Positions 40,231-54,028 are shown, numbered from the whole stretch's first letter. The stretch: 63,999 nt of DNA, filler included, from Octopus bimaculoides (GCF_001194135.2; 7 parts of 6 records of this genome joined end to end with filler, not necessarily neighbours in it), one strand, 5' to 3'. Numbers and translations: made by a program. The notes: generated by a model from the letters alone, not told the origin.

Positions 40231-40443
40231 GTGTTTATAAGTCATTTACAAACCTACAAAAACCGTTAGAATCACTTCAACATTTAAATTTAAGTTGTCA
40301 AAATATTTTTGTCGTTTCGAAGCCGCGGCCTGTTCACTGACAATAGTCTCTGATGCAGCACGGAATAATATTTTGACAACTTAAATTTAAATGTTGAAGT
40401 GAATTTAACCGTTTTTGTGTGTTTTGAAATGGCTTATAAACAC
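40231..40443. repeat. Foldback / MITE-like inverted repeat
   Basis: Arms 40231-40307 and 40367-40443, including a perfect 36-bp stretch (tcacttcaacatttaaatttaagttgtcaaaatatt); 59-bp spacer. Confidence 0.9.
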
Positions 40444-41149
40444 CTTCCATGCTTCATTTGCTTATATTAATATATATAATGCTACATATACATAGCGATA
40501 TAAAATGGGTGAATTAATATTACGCCATCGAAATGATTACGAAACAGTTTAATCTAATAGAAATTATATGAGAATAACACATTTATATTCACAACTCGTA
40601 CTTTCCATTTTGCGATTACATCATACATTTTGTAGATAGGTTACCAACTTGTATATCCGGGACTTCCTGTTACATAGAGAGGTTAAGGCAAAATGTAAAT
40701 TAATTAATATCTGAACTGGTGTTCGATTCCATGTGAGAGAGCTTACTCTGAGTTCTGCATATATGCACAAATACAAAGCAGACTATAAAGAACAACATTG
40801 ATTTCATTTCTCTGCAACGGAGGCATAGGAGCTGTTATTTGGAAGAAGGTTCAGTCCATTAATTCGAAACAAATCATCTGGCCTGTTTGAATATATTATA
40901 TGAAGCTAGAAGTCTTTGTCATTAATCTATGTTAATAAAAATAACATCTATTAGTTCTGATACTTTCCGCTTTCGTTCCTTGAAAGCAATTATGCAGAAT
41001 GGTAAGTCAGACTAAATTAACAAGGAATGACGCCTCAAGCAAAATATTTCTGTCCTGTAGGTATTCAGACGAAGAGGCATCCAGTCGTCATTTATCAATT
41101 GTTCAATGTAGGATTTACTGCAAGATTATGTGTGGACTATGGTCGATTA

Positions 41150-41880
41150 TAACGTTTTGAAGTAATGTTATTCGAGAGCTAAAAGTGGAGAGAGTAGAGG
41201 GGATAGTGTTACAATTCTTACAAATTGGAAAAAACAGCGGTAAAATGTATCTGACTGTAAATGCCAATGAACCAAGCACGCATGTTCGAAAAACGAGATT
41301 ACCTAACACCAGTTCAATTACAGAATATGCAAAAACGAATCAGTGATGAGTCGATGAGTTCCAAAAAAGGAGTGAATGACGATATAGTACAAACTTGAAA
41401 GTTAAATGAAAACCTCAAGAACTCCATGGAAAGAAATGTAGTTGTCATGACTGTGGGAAATAACAAGAAAGGAAATAATGACGACATTGAAAATGCTAAG
41501 CATTCGATAGAAACACACGTAATTATTATGAACATTGAATCTTGACTAATACATGAAGTCTCAGAAGATGAAAAGTAACAGCCTTTCCAACGATGAAAAT
41601 GAATCCTGAATAATTCAGAAAACAGAGTATTTAAATCCTGTTTTCCATAACATTCAAGGGCATAAAATGAAGATAACACCAAATGTGGAAGAAACAAATA
41701 ATATTCAAGATAGGAATCTGTTATGTTCAGTTACATATAATGGAAAGGCAGATTGGATTCAGACCCTTAACCGGAACTTAGCACTTGAGAGGTATAAGAA
41801 CCAATCTCAAGAATTGAGGACAATGTCCTAAGCAGTTTACACTTAATACCAAAATTGAAAGCACAATGGCGAAATAAGTT
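41150..41880 (+). mobile_element. Heavily decayed R4/Dong-like N-terminal region
   Basis: EKRDYLTPVQLQNMQKRI resembles the K..LS..E...IK motif at 56140-56190; A-rich sense strand; many stops. Confidence 0.35.
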
Positions 41881-44023
41881 TCAAAGTTCTCAATACATTT
41901 AAAACACATACACAGAGAAATTAGGAGTCATTCGAAAATATATTTCATAAAGGTAGTGTTTTGGAGTTAAAAAATAATTCGAAATGAAGAATCCAACTAC
42001 TGGAATTGTAATAGGGAATTATAGACACAGTTCTTTTAAATACCACAGTTCTTTTTATTACACTGCTTGTCAGCTCTACAGGCGGCGTCAACTTCAACGT
42101 GTCTCAGAGTTTCACCAGCAACTTCTCACATTCTTTCATTTTCTACGGCTCCACCTTAATTTCAATTGTTTCCCGTTTTCCAATCCTCTGTTCCATTTCC
42201 AGTTGCGGCCGCATAACTGGCTACCCACCAGCGTTTTCTCCATTTTTCCCCCAATGGGAAGAGAGAAAAAAACAACAATTCACGAACAATATCAACAATC
42301 AAACACCAATAATTAACAACCAATTTTTCAACAAACAAATACTCAACGTTCCAACTTACTTCAAAAACAGTCCGCTATCGACAACTCAACTCAACAATGG
42401 TCTAACGCTCTGCTACTTATACCAGCCCGGCTAGTCCATTCTCATAGGGGGTGTCAATGACTCTCGCTCGCCAGAACAGCTACACAAGGGGGAAATTCTA
42501 TACACAACAAATCTACCATTGCTATTTAATCTCAACTACGATCTTGTGTTTTACCGTGGATTAGGATCCGAAACCCACTTGAGCTTACCGAATGTAGCAC
42601 TTAGTCATTCCTTCGTTCCACACTTGCCCGTAGTGTGCCTCAAGCACTACCAAGAACTTTAAATCTGTTTCATAATGACGTATTTGATCGGCACGTTTCT
42701 GTTGCTTTCCCTTATGTATTGGTTCAATGTAACACGAGTCAAATGTGCCAGCCAATCAGTATTTTGGACTACATTTTCGACTCATCCATAATTTTGAATA
42801 TGAAAAACACAGGATATACCTCAACATGACGCCAAGTTTCTATCTCGCACTTTGAAGATATCAAAACTTTCAGGTGTTTCAGAAATTTAGGAATACGTTA
42901 CTTTTTCCTTTCATGATACTTGAATAAAGACATGCAGTACATGACGCATTCGTTGTTCGAATACCAGTAGTACTTATATTCTTTCTCTGCTAAATTAAGC
43001 AGCGTATTATCGGGACTCATTTTGTAATTAAAGAGTGTGTGTAGTCAACACACGTCTTTTAAAAGAAAAAAATCGTGTTTCCATGACGGACTCTAACAGG
43101 AAAAGGCATCTTCACATCTACGTCTCCATGATCATGTCTAGAACCAATATACCTATAATTTTATATGCGTGTGCGTGTTTGAGTGCGTATGGATATATAC
43201 TTGTATGTATATGTATATATATATATGTACATACATACACACACACACGCACACACACATGTATATGATACTAAAGAGTCCCTTGTCATTTAATACATAT
43301 AGACGAATCATTGTTCCATTCCCTTTTGTTTATTATTGTGTGAGATCTGCAACTATTTTAAGCACCACTTTTCAACATAAATGTACGCATTTTAACTTCC
43401 TTATTATACAAAATAGTATTATTTCTACACGTCACTTTATAATTATTCCATGTTTTACTTTTATTTTCAGCATATTGTTCTTTCTTTATTCAGTATTTTA
43501 CATCAATTTTGTTGTTTATTTATTCATTGTGGTACTTGAATTTGTCATTGATATTCGTTTTCTTTTTTTCGTATTGAGAAAAGTTTTGTTTGGTGCAATT
43601 TTGTTTATTTCAGTTTGTTATATTCAACTGATACATTACAACTGTTGAGATTCTTGTACTTCAGTCAAATAAATAAACTAAAATGCAAGATATTTGCTTA
43701 GCCAACAGACAAACACAGGAAATTCGAATAAATATCAAAAGAGTTTACAAAAATACACGGAATGGTTTAAAGACAAAAACAAAACGACGAGAAAAAAGAT
43801 TTCAAAACATTGAATAAATAGAGGATGTTTTTTAATGATTGTTTCATCCACAAATACAGCCATTGTTTAGGAACTCGCTTACAAACTCCATACATTCGTT
43901 TTCTTGAGAAAACAATAACACAAAAACATTATAAAGACAAAGCAGTTAAAATAGAAATTTAAAGAATATATCATTTATTTAAATTGTCCTTCATAACATA
44001 TCCTATTCTCCACGCATTTACGA

Positions 44024-44082
<59 letters not shown>

Positions 44083-44218
44083 TACTACTATTGTTGTTGT
44101 TGTTGATGTTATTCTTCTTCGTTTTCTTCTTCTTCTTCTTCTTCTTCTTCTTCTTCTTCTTCTTCTGCTTCTTCTTCTTCTTCTACTTCTTCTCCTTCTT
44201 CTTCTTCTTCTTCTCCTT

Positions 44219-44249
<31 letters not shown>

Positions 44250-44263
44250 TTATTATTATTATT
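44024..44263. repeat. Compound trinucleotide array TTA-CTA-TTG-TTC-TTA
   Basis: Seen directly. Confidence 0.95.
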
Positions 44264-46920
44264 AAACAGTATTATTCAGAATAAATATATTCGTTTCCTA
44301 TAACCATGTATTTTGTCTTGATTGCCTTTTCCTAAACTTATATTTAAAGCCTTTTTTGAAGTTTAGGTACATCTTAATTTTGTTACTAGATTTATTTCGC
44401 AATTTATTTACTTCGACTTTTTTTATATCAGCATTCCAGTTTTGGAATTGCGCATAGCAAACAATAAATGGAAAATAAAATTACATTTATTTAAAATAAA
44501 CAGTAACTTTGTTGAGTATTCTGAGGACGGTGTTGAATAATATAATATAATTAACATGTTTATTCTCAATACCAGTTTTCGAATATCTTTCAATTGTTTT
44601 CTCTTTCCGAAATTGGTATTTGTTTATTTATATTCCATTTTGAGCTATAGTTTAACATGATGCATGTTTGTGATCATGTAAGAATATTTAATATACTTTT
44701 ATATATTCTTGTCTATTTTTGTTTTTTTTTCAGGCGGCCAAGGTTGGTTATGTTTTAAAATTATTAAGGCAAGGATTCCATCGAAAACAAATCTTTTTGT
44801 ATGTTATAAGTCCATTTTTTTGAAGTATATGAATAGAAGAGATTGAAAATGTAGAAAGCTTAAATACTATTGTTTAGATACGATTCCAAATGCTACTATT
44901 CCATCTGTAACGTGAAAACATTCCCCGACGCCTAAAGCATTTTGGAATGTGCTTCCGCTTTTAAATACCTTTGTGACTTAATCAAAAGTAATTCACCTGC
45001 AACATTTGGCGAAGTGTGAGAATTTGACATCTAAGAAGCAGCTGTCTATGCAGTGACTAATATTTAATTAGTCTTTCAGAAAACAACAATCAATAAGCTC
45101 CGATTGTTGTCATGACAAATAACGCATGACTCAGAGGCAACTTGTGATTTAAACACTTACGCTAACAAATATATGCACAAAGAGATATACTAAATATTTC
45201 TAAGATGTGTCTATTAAAGAAATGAAAAAGTGAGCTGTTTGAAAAGTAATATATGCTGGTATTTGTCATCATGCACATCAGTTGTAGAAATATAATTTTT
45301 AAAGAGAAACATATGCATAAGTTTTCTAAGCTATATTTCCTTGATGAGGTTTGTATATATCCTTTGAAGAAGATGAACATTTACAATTACAATAATACCA
45401 CGATGTGACACAAACAGATTTCTAATTGAGCAGGTTGTCGATTTAACTGAAACGATATCAAAAATGGGATTGATATCTTGGCCATCATCGAATGAAAATC
45501 GTTGGAATGCCTCTTATGAAATCGGTCTCGGATATACTAATTCTGTCAACCGGTCGAGTGGTAATTTATCTAGCCAAATATGTTAATGGTGTAAGCAGCT
45601 ATTGTTGAGACTGTGAATAACTGTTGTCCTCAAATTGCTAATATAGAATTGATTTCGCATTTCTTGATCCCCTAATTAATTTCTGACGGTAAATATTTCA
45701 GTATTAATGATCCTTCGACCGCTGCTGCCAAGAGAGAAAAGAAAACACTTCTTTTGCAACGTGCCAATGTGTTCGCCGTTGTTTTCTTTGTACTTGTTAC
45801 ATATGTTAGAGGAACTCCTTCAAGAGAGGAGCACCAAATCGGCTGACCTGCTCAACAAATATCATTGCTTTTCTGTCTGTACATGTGACGGAGAAAAAAA
45901 TTTGTAGAATTTGTCTACTTTGTGAAAGGTAAAGCCAGCTGTATACAACGAAAATTACTTGAAAACGTTCTCTTTGTGACATTATGTTCACTAAGATGAT
46001 ATTAAAAATGTTAGATACACTAATGGAAATGGCTCATTCATTAAATTGACCTTATTTCCAATCAGTATGGAGTATATGCATAGGAAGTTCTACATTGCAG
46101 GTAATGGATGTTTTTGATTGTTTCATTCTCATTTCCGAATATTATGCCTATATACACATATACATTGTTTCTACTAATTGAGGCAACGTTTTCTCTAATA
46201 TTTATGACTTGTATATGGTGTACTGGTGGTATAATGAATGCCAGCATGTTTTTAGCAAAATAAATATGGATTTTGTTTTCTTTCGTGGATTGGCGCGTGT
46301 CCTTCCTCAGAAATTCTTGCAATTCTGAGCACTTTGGTATGGCAACAGTAATAATCATTTTTTCCCACTTGACGTTTGAAAGTGTTGTAATAGAAATTAT
46401 TAATATGACAACGAGTTCTCACGTTGAAGAGTTTATGTGTGAGCTTCGCTGTCATTATTGCAAATAATGGCACTTTTTTATTTCAATTTCAGTAATTCAA
46501 TAACAACATATGCATCTTGTGATATTAAAACAGCGTCATTTACTTACTTTTGGAAATATCTAAATATACTAGTTTCGTTTTGTTGTAAACTATGGTATAT
46601 CTGTTTTACATCTCGTTCGTTACTTTCGAAAACACAAAAAAAATCTCGTTTTATTTCCCCAAAATAATGCAATCTCTTTAAAAGTGTCCTCCTATATACT
46701 AATTTAAAAGAATGATCAATCTTTTCATACTGGTGGCAGTAAACTTTGTTAATTCAGCAATCATGAACCACTCTGGAAATTCTCTTGACAAGTCAACAAT
46801 AAACAATAATACTAATATAATTTCCACCAGTATTATTGGCATCATTATAATGATGATGATGATGAGGACAAGGAGGAGGATGAAGAGGGTAATAATAATA
46901 ATAATTATTATCATTATTAT

Positions 46921-47135
46921 CTTTTTAACTTTAGGCGAAAGGTCTGAAATTTGAGTGGAGGCGAGTAGTCGATTGCATCGATCCCAGTGCTCCACTGGTA
47001 TTTAATTTCTCGACTCTGAAGAGATGAAAGGCAACACCGAGCTCGGGTGAATTTGAACTCAGAAGGTAAGGACGCACAAAATGCCGCTAAGCAATTTTCC
47101 CGGCGTGCTAACAATTCTGCCAGCCTCACCGCCTT
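46921..47135 (-). mobile_element. SINE, family S1
   Basis: Full length, embedded between (AAT)n and (CTA)n(TAA)n. Confidence 0.8.
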
Positions 47136-47138
47136 ACA

Positions 47139-47164
47139 ACTACTACTAGTACTACTACTACTAG

Positions 47165-47221
<57 letters not shown>

Positions 47222-47222
47222 G

Positions 47223-47256
<34 letters not shown>

Positions 47257-47283
47257 ATACTAATACTACTACTACTACTAATC

Positions 47284-47353
<70 letters not shown>

Positions 47354-47364
47354 TAATAATAATG
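47139..47364. repeat. (CTA)n(TAA)n array
   Basis: Seen directly. Confidence 0.95.
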
Positions 47365-47578
47365 AAGTGATTTTTAAATTCTCAAACGCAGGATACCTGC
47401 GTCTGAGAATTAAAGAAAAATCACTTCATTAACTTTCTAAGACATCTCAACGGCTCTAAAAGCAAACTTCGTTTGTTTGTTTACGTTTATCGTAATTTGA
47501 ATTGAATTATAATAATAATAATGATAAAAAGAATGATAAATAATAATACTAATGATAATAATAATAATAATAATAATA

Positions 47579-47650
47579 AACAATTCCTATCATAGTAGGT
47601 GCCTTGGGTATAATAAAAAAAATATTCAGACAAATACATAACAAAAACAC
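47579..47650 (+). mobile_element. R4/Dong LINE fragment running into a linker
   Basis: TIPIIVGALGII...; closely similar to 49975-50045. Confidence 0.7.
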
Positions 47651-47750
47651 NNNNNNNNNNNNNNNNNNNNNNNNNNNNNNNNNNNNNNNNNNNNTTAATT
47701 AATTAANNNNNNNNNNNNNNNNNNNNNNNNNNNNNNNNNNNNNNNNNNNN
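47651..47750. other. Artificial 100-bp assembly linker
   Basis: N44-TTAATTAATTAA-N44. Confidence 0.95.
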
Positions 47751-48220
47751 GTTTTTGCCCGCTAAATCCGGAAATATCTCCGCAGAAAAAAGTTCCACAT
47801 CGAATATACTAACTCTGAGAATTTGGTTATGGTTAATTAAATTAAACAATAGGGTAAAAAATTGGATATTAATTAATATCAATTTAATACCAGGTAACAA
47901 GCACATTAGCAGTCCACCTAGTGGCCTCCTTTATATATAGTTTTATATATTTTTATATATACATATACGATAATCGTTTGAGATCTCAGATATTTTTTCT
48001 GAGTTTCCCTAATTCATTTAATGTGTATTAAATAAAATGGCATTTAACAATTGCCAAATATTATTTGGAGAAGCAGAGAAAATTAGAAAAATATATCAGA
48101 AATCCGTCTTAAACAATTCTTACAAAATATTTTAAATACACTTTGGATCTAACTTCTATAAAATGTTCATGTGTCGAACCTAAAGTACTTTCCACAAATA
48201 CACACACACGCGTGTGTTTT

Positions 48221-48254
<34 letters not shown>

Positions 48255-48267
48255 TTGTGTGTATGCA

Positions 48268-48299
<32 letters not shown>

Positions 48300-48330
48300 C
48301 GTGAGTCTGCTTGTGTCTGTATTCTACCAC

Positions 48331-48535
48331 TTATAGCCTAGTAGTTAAGAGTGCTGTACTCGAGATCTTGGTTTCAATTCCTAGACCGGGCGGTGCGGTG
48401 TTTTCGTAAGAAAAACGCATAATCTCTTCTTGCTCTGCGAACACTTCGACACTTGACGAGTGATACAACGTGCACTTGTTCATGCAACGTCGATTTGAAG
48501 AGAGCGATCTAAGGTACAGCACATACTTGTCATCT
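48331..48535 (+). mobile_element. SINE with S3-like tRNA head
   Basis: TAGCCTAGTAGTTAAG ... GGTTTCAATTCCTAGACCGGGCGG. Confidence 0.6.
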
Positions 48536-49918
48536 CTATGAAAGAAAATATTTGACCAGATCATTCTGCAACACGTGAACGGTCATACGTCGTCTACGAG
48601 GGGAGAGTCCATCATATATATCCACGCACGCACGCATGCACATCCACACACACATGTGTGTATGTGTGCATGCATACAAATATATACGCGTGTGTAGTAT
48701 GTACATTGGTACATAAACATGCGTCCTTGTAATTTGCAATTGACTTTTATGTGTTTCTATGAGACTCATTTTTCGGTATACCCAGCTTTTAATTGTGTGA
48801 GCATGGAACAGATATTTTAATTGCTACACAAAATTTGTTACGAACATTTATGCACAATCATTTACATACGAACTGCGCACACGCTTAACATCGACTTACA
48901 TGCAGAAAGATGCACACAAGTATAAATAGTAATGTTACACCATTCATTACTTCTGATATCTGCGTGTTTGTGCAGGTATACATTTTTTTCTGAATGCGTG
49001 CACGTTTTCGTGTTTAGGAATTGGGAAGAGCACGTGTCGTATGCCCCGCTATCATCTGTGCTTTCTTACTATAGTACATCTAGATTTACCTAACTTTTTC
49101 GTTATTGCTGCTTTTCGATGTAAGCGGCGTTTCCTTTCACTAGAACAAAAATAGAATCTTCATAGGACTTACGAGAAGTATGCTTGAGTATTTTGCACAT
49201 GCCGTTCCTAACCTTTTTATTTTAAAACTTTCTTTCTGTCAAATCTTCTTATATAATAAGAATATTTATTTTTCTTAATTTCGTGTCCTATCTCATGTTA
49301 AATGCATGATTTTTATAGCACGGATTTCTTTGTGTAATTTCCTTAATTTTCTTGGCTGTAGGATTCGTTACATTATTAAAATGGAAGCCAATAAAATCTC
49401 CCAATATCTTCCAATATCAATATATTTAAATTTCATCACGAATGTAAGATAAAAAAAAAAAAGTGGCATGTACCTCGATTATCGAGAAATATAATGAAAA
49501 TGAAACAAAGATAATTAGCAAATTTTGTTTATCATTTATTTTTATTCCTCGAAATTGAACATTCACTTACAGTTGATTCTAATAGCTCGATTTAAATAGT
49601 CAAAAATAGAATAATTTCCTATTACTCTGAGCTTGATTAAATTAATTATAAACATGTCATGCTCTTAGAAAGTCCAATTATGCATAATGGCAGAGATTAT
49701 TAGATATCATCATTTTGACAACGTACTATTCATTATGATATGAAATTTCTGCCATACTATAATAAGTAATGAAATTAAGATCATATTACGTATCAGCACA
49801 ACCAAGCTCTTTCATACTATTAGTAATTGTATCGATGAAATTTATTTTCTTCTATGTTAACAACAACAACAACAACAACAGTAATAATAATAATAATAAT
49901 AATAACAATAACAATAAC

Positions 49919-49952
<34 letters not shown>

Positions 49953-50230
49953 GGAATTGTATCTAAAAACAGAAACAATTCGTATCATAGTAGGTACCTT
50001 AGGTATAATAAAAGAATATTCAGACAAATACATAACACAAACACCAGGACTTACAAATATATATAACATACAGAAAATTGCACTACTGGGTACTGCACAC
50101 ATTCTACGCAAAACACTTTCAATACAGTAAACATAAGAGCACCACAGCAAACCACAGCACATACCGAAGGCGCACAGAGCTGCGCTCGGTAGTGAAGTGA
50201 AAGCACGTTATAAAAATAAAACTACTGAAC
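49953..50230 (+). mobile_element. R4/Dong LINE 3' end
   Basis: IIVGTLGIIKEYSDKYITQTPGLTNIYNIQKIALLGTAHILRKTLSIQ* (stop 50130); (TAA)n on both sides. Confidence 0.85.
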
Positions 50231-50384
50231 AACAATAATAATAATAGTAATAATAATAATAAAGACAATGAATGGAGCCCGCCATCCACGTGCAGCCACT
50301 GACCACCTAGGCACCAAGAAAGCAAATAGTTGAAGGAAAATGATGAGAGAGGAAGACTGCAGACTACGTGCATATCCAACCTAG

Positions 50385-52119
50385 ATACTTGCTGGGTTAT
50401 CTATCATCCCAAAGTGAGGAAAGATTGCTAGTGGCAGATAGAGATGTGAGCATATTGAATGCAGCAAAGAAGTAGAAGGGCATGAAATTGAAGAATGTCA
50501 TGAAGACGTTCTGCGAACATAGGCCTTCACAATCATTTCCATGTAGTAGCAACTGAAGTTGCTGGGGAAGATAGGTGGGACTAGTTGTAAAAAAAAAAAA
50601 AACTCTGAAAAAATAGACTGAGTGCATGAGTGCAAAATACAAGCCATCACACTACAATGGCATCACAAACCTAGCTTTCTCCGAAAATGCTACACTGGAA
50701 ACTGCGTGAAAAGTGGGGGCTAAAAAAGCGGCAAAGTATGATAGGAGCGCAAACCACAAAGTGTGACGGAGTCAGAGACCAGCAACATTCTGTGTGATTT
50801 CTCGATGCAAACGGGCCATGCTGACATAGTGGTGATGAAGAAGGTGAACTATTTGTGCTCTGTAATTGATGATACGCGTCACTTTGGCCTAGGAATGGTG
50901 AACAATACACATATGCTAGGTGGTATCAAAAGGTTCCCGCACTAGATATTTTTAATAAAAAATAACTTATTTACTTATATTTGAACATTATCTCCTTCGA
51001 AATAGTCACCTAGTGCAGTAATACACCGGTCCGAGCGTTCCTGCTACTTTTCAAATCCGACATGGAAATTGTTTTCCGTAAGGCATCCGCAGACCTTCTG
51101 CGATTCGTTCTGGATCAAAACAACAGCGTTAAAACAGCGACCTTTGAGCTGCATTTTCATCTTGGAGAAGAGATGTAAGTCCGCAGGAGCTACATCTGGC
51201 GAATAGGGCGGATCCGGAAACGATAACATATTGTTTTTGGTGACAAAGGCAGGAATGAGCAGAGCTCGGTGACATGGTGCACTGTCGTTGTGAAGTATCC
51301 AAGTTTTCGCCCTCTACAGATCCGGTCGCCATCATCGAATGTCCGCCATGAAGCGCTTCAAAGCGTCGCAGTGAATTCCCTCAACCCAGGTCTGACCCGG
51401 CGTTGGGGGAATTCTCGATGCACCATACAACATTTCCGGGAGTGACGCTCGTAGATGGTCTTCCAGATCGGTCATTGTCTTCCCGGGATGTTCTTTGACT
51501 CTTAAAGCAACCACACTACGCAAAAGATTATGTACGACCCACTGGCTCGTAACCGTAAGCTTGCCGAATCATGCTGAATGATTCTGTATCAGACTTCTAA
51601 ATGTAGCGCAAAATTTCACGTTAGCTCTTTGATCCTGTCCATGACAAAATCACAGACTAGCGCATACACGTAACAACAACAACAATACAAATTTTACAAC
51701 TTGCGAAGTAAATACAACAATATAACTCAGTACACTGCCTCATGATGATCACTGCTAGCTCTCACTGCATATACAAGCATGTGCAGCCATCTGTTGGTGC
51801 GCAACAGAACTATCCGGAAACATTTTATATTATCTCGTACAAACCTCTGAAATACGCCATAAATTGACTGTGGACAATGAAGAAGGTGAATACAGTGCCA
51901 AATATTGTTGGTTATTGGGAATAGTAACAGACGGCATCAAGGGGAATATACCGCAAATGGGTATAGAGTGCCCAGTGGAACTGTTGAAAATGTTTTGCGC
52001 CGTTGGGACGGCCAAAATCATTAAGAAAGTATTAGATAAATGAAAGGAATCGATATCACGTTAACGGAGGCCTTAAGAAGCAAACCGAAGAAATTCCAAC
52101 AAAATTTGAGTCAAAACAC

Positions 52120-52125
<6 letters not shown>
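50385..52125 (+). mobile_element. Old R4/Dong LINE 3' region split by a mariner (LINE parts 50385-50913 and 51840-52125)
   Basis: LHWKLREKWG ... ILCDFSMQTGHADIVVMKK, then KPLKYAIN*LWTMKKVNTVP ... VGTAKIIKKVLDK*; (TAA)n tail. Confidence 0.75.
50914..51839 (-). mobile_element. Internally deleted mariner, same family as 34064-35006
   Basis: PPYSPDVAPADLHLFSKMKMQLKG; TIR-like ends; TA at both junctions. Confidence 0.88.
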
Positions 52126-52160
<35 letters not shown>

Positions 52161-52170
52161 TAATGATAAC

Positions 52171-52750
52171 ATCACCAACCTGAGGTACATTGACGGAGGC
52201 AAGCTCAAGACTAAAACCGAAAAGATAGATTCGGTTCTTGGGCTATTCCCGACAAGAAATATAACTGAATATAACAAGATTATTTGGGCTGGAGCTATGG
52301 CTCCTGCAGATAATGTTGGATACAAAGAGAAAAGAACAAACAAAAGGAAAAGATCCATACTGGCGTAGACGAATTTGAGAGGAACAAAGGGAAAAAGAAA
52401 TTTAGAACAAATTGATGGATTGAGAAGAGGGGAATTTTAGAACGAAAGCATAAGAATAATGCTAGAAAGAACATATAAAATAAAAGGTAAAGTTTATGAT
52501 GTGATACTGGAAGAATTGGAACAAAGAGTAGTACCAATCAAATCAAAACTGGAAGTAAATGACAAAAGAAAAAGACAGTTCAGGCAAGACGTATTGTTCG
52601 AAGCAAATCAGAAGAAACTGTTTCAGGAACTAAATGACAAATACACGCAAAAATGATATCGGATGCAGAGGAAAGCAGATGCATTATGGACAGGGATCTG
52701 TGACAAACCTCTAGAGCATGATGATGAAGCGGGACGACTGCATCAAATCC
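52171..52750 (+). mobile_element. R4/Dong LINE pre-RT fragment
   Basis: DPYWRRRI ... LEELEQRV ... RQFRQDVLFEANQKKLFQELN. Confidence 0.8.
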
Positions 52751-52769
52751 ACTCTGTGACTTATTGAGT

Positions 52770-52998
52770 TAAAAAAGTTTTATTGAAGGACCGTTTGGCC
52801 GGGAAGAAAATTTGAACTTGGCCCCACCTGTAACGGCATGCGATGTTTATCGTGATATGAGACCCTGTAGTTGCGCACATATGGTAGAGATGCATATGCC
52901 CGGTGTACCCTTATCAAGCAAAAAGTCATGATGGGTGTTTTGCGCTTGATATAGTTTACCCCAATGTCAGTTTGATGACATGCTCTGCGCTCTCACTC
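52770..52998 (+). mobile_element. (TAA)n-tailed non-coding repeat, diverged
   Basis: Ends tgctctgcgctctcactc(aat)n. Confidence 0.7.
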
Positions 52999-53022
52999 AA
53001 TAATAATAATGATAATTATGGT

Positions 53023-53233
53023 GATTTCAAAGTTTGGTACAAATCCTGCAATTTCGAGGTCGCGGGGGAGGGTAATTTGATTACATCAATGGATGCGCAT
53101 TTATTTTATTGACACAGAATTGATGGAGGACTAATTGAATCCCGGTGGAATGTTTACTTCGAAAATAATGACGGACGAAATGCCGCTAAGTATTTTATCC
53201 GGTGTGCTTAGAATTCTACTGAGTGGCCGCCTT
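53023..53233 (-). mobile_element. SINE, family S1
   Basis: gacggacgaaatgccgctaag ... ggccgcctt; a second copy lies at about 53300-53462. Confidence 0.7.
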
Positions 53234-53927
53234 GCAAACAGTATCATCAGCAGCAACAACAACAATGATATTTTCTGCTAAATGCACGTACCCTGAAAGC
53301 TTTGGGAATGACCCTAGTGTGTCACTGATACTTAATTTATCGACCACGACAGTTAGAAATGCTAAGTCCACCTCGATGGAATTTGATCTCAAAACGTAAA
53401 GACGGACGAAATGCGCCAATCATTTTCCCAGCTTGCTAATAAATTCTGCTATGTCGCAGCCTAGCAAACAGTTTCAAAAGAAGTTACTCTACTAAACCCA
53501 TTATTTATTTCTCTTATGCCATGTGTGTGTGTACGTGTGCGTGTATGTGAGTGTGTGTGTGTTAGAGAGAGTGTGTGAGTGTTAATTGATTAATTGATTA
53601 ATGTCACATCGAAGAATTCTCTGCATGGTGAACAGTTCTGTAGTTAAAAAACAAAAGATGAAACGTTCTCCGGAAATAGGAAATTCATATACTTCTCAAA
53701 AGAATGACTTGTGTATAAGCATGTTTCAACCCTCTTAATCAAAGTTCTTGGTGTCACGTGAAATGTTTATAAATAATCACGATGAAATCGAGAAATCAAA
53801 GAAGACATGAAGACAATGATGTAATATACGTTAAAATTTCTAAATTCTCGTGGTTCGTTGCAAGATACACTTTAGAAATCGGAAGGTGTACATTCTGGAA
53901 ATTCACATGAATTTGTTGAAAGTATAT

Positions 53928-53956
53928 AACAAGAAGAAGAACAACAACAACAACAA

Positions 53957-53990
<34 letters not shown>

Positions 53991-54028
53991 AATATTAATA
54001 ATAATAATAATAACAATAATAATAATAA

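Noticed and set aside
41314-41697. Hydrophobic minus-strand ORF with a GPCR-like CVSIECLA motif
   Set aside because: Better explained as the antisense of an A-rich decayed LINE; lacks the conserved Arg and the helix pattern.
45422-45690. Nicotinic or chemotactile receptor-like words (QVVDL.E...W, STGRV, CCPQ...HFL)
   Set aside because: The motifs lie in different frames, with stops and spacing far too short for a Cys-loop domain; likely chance.
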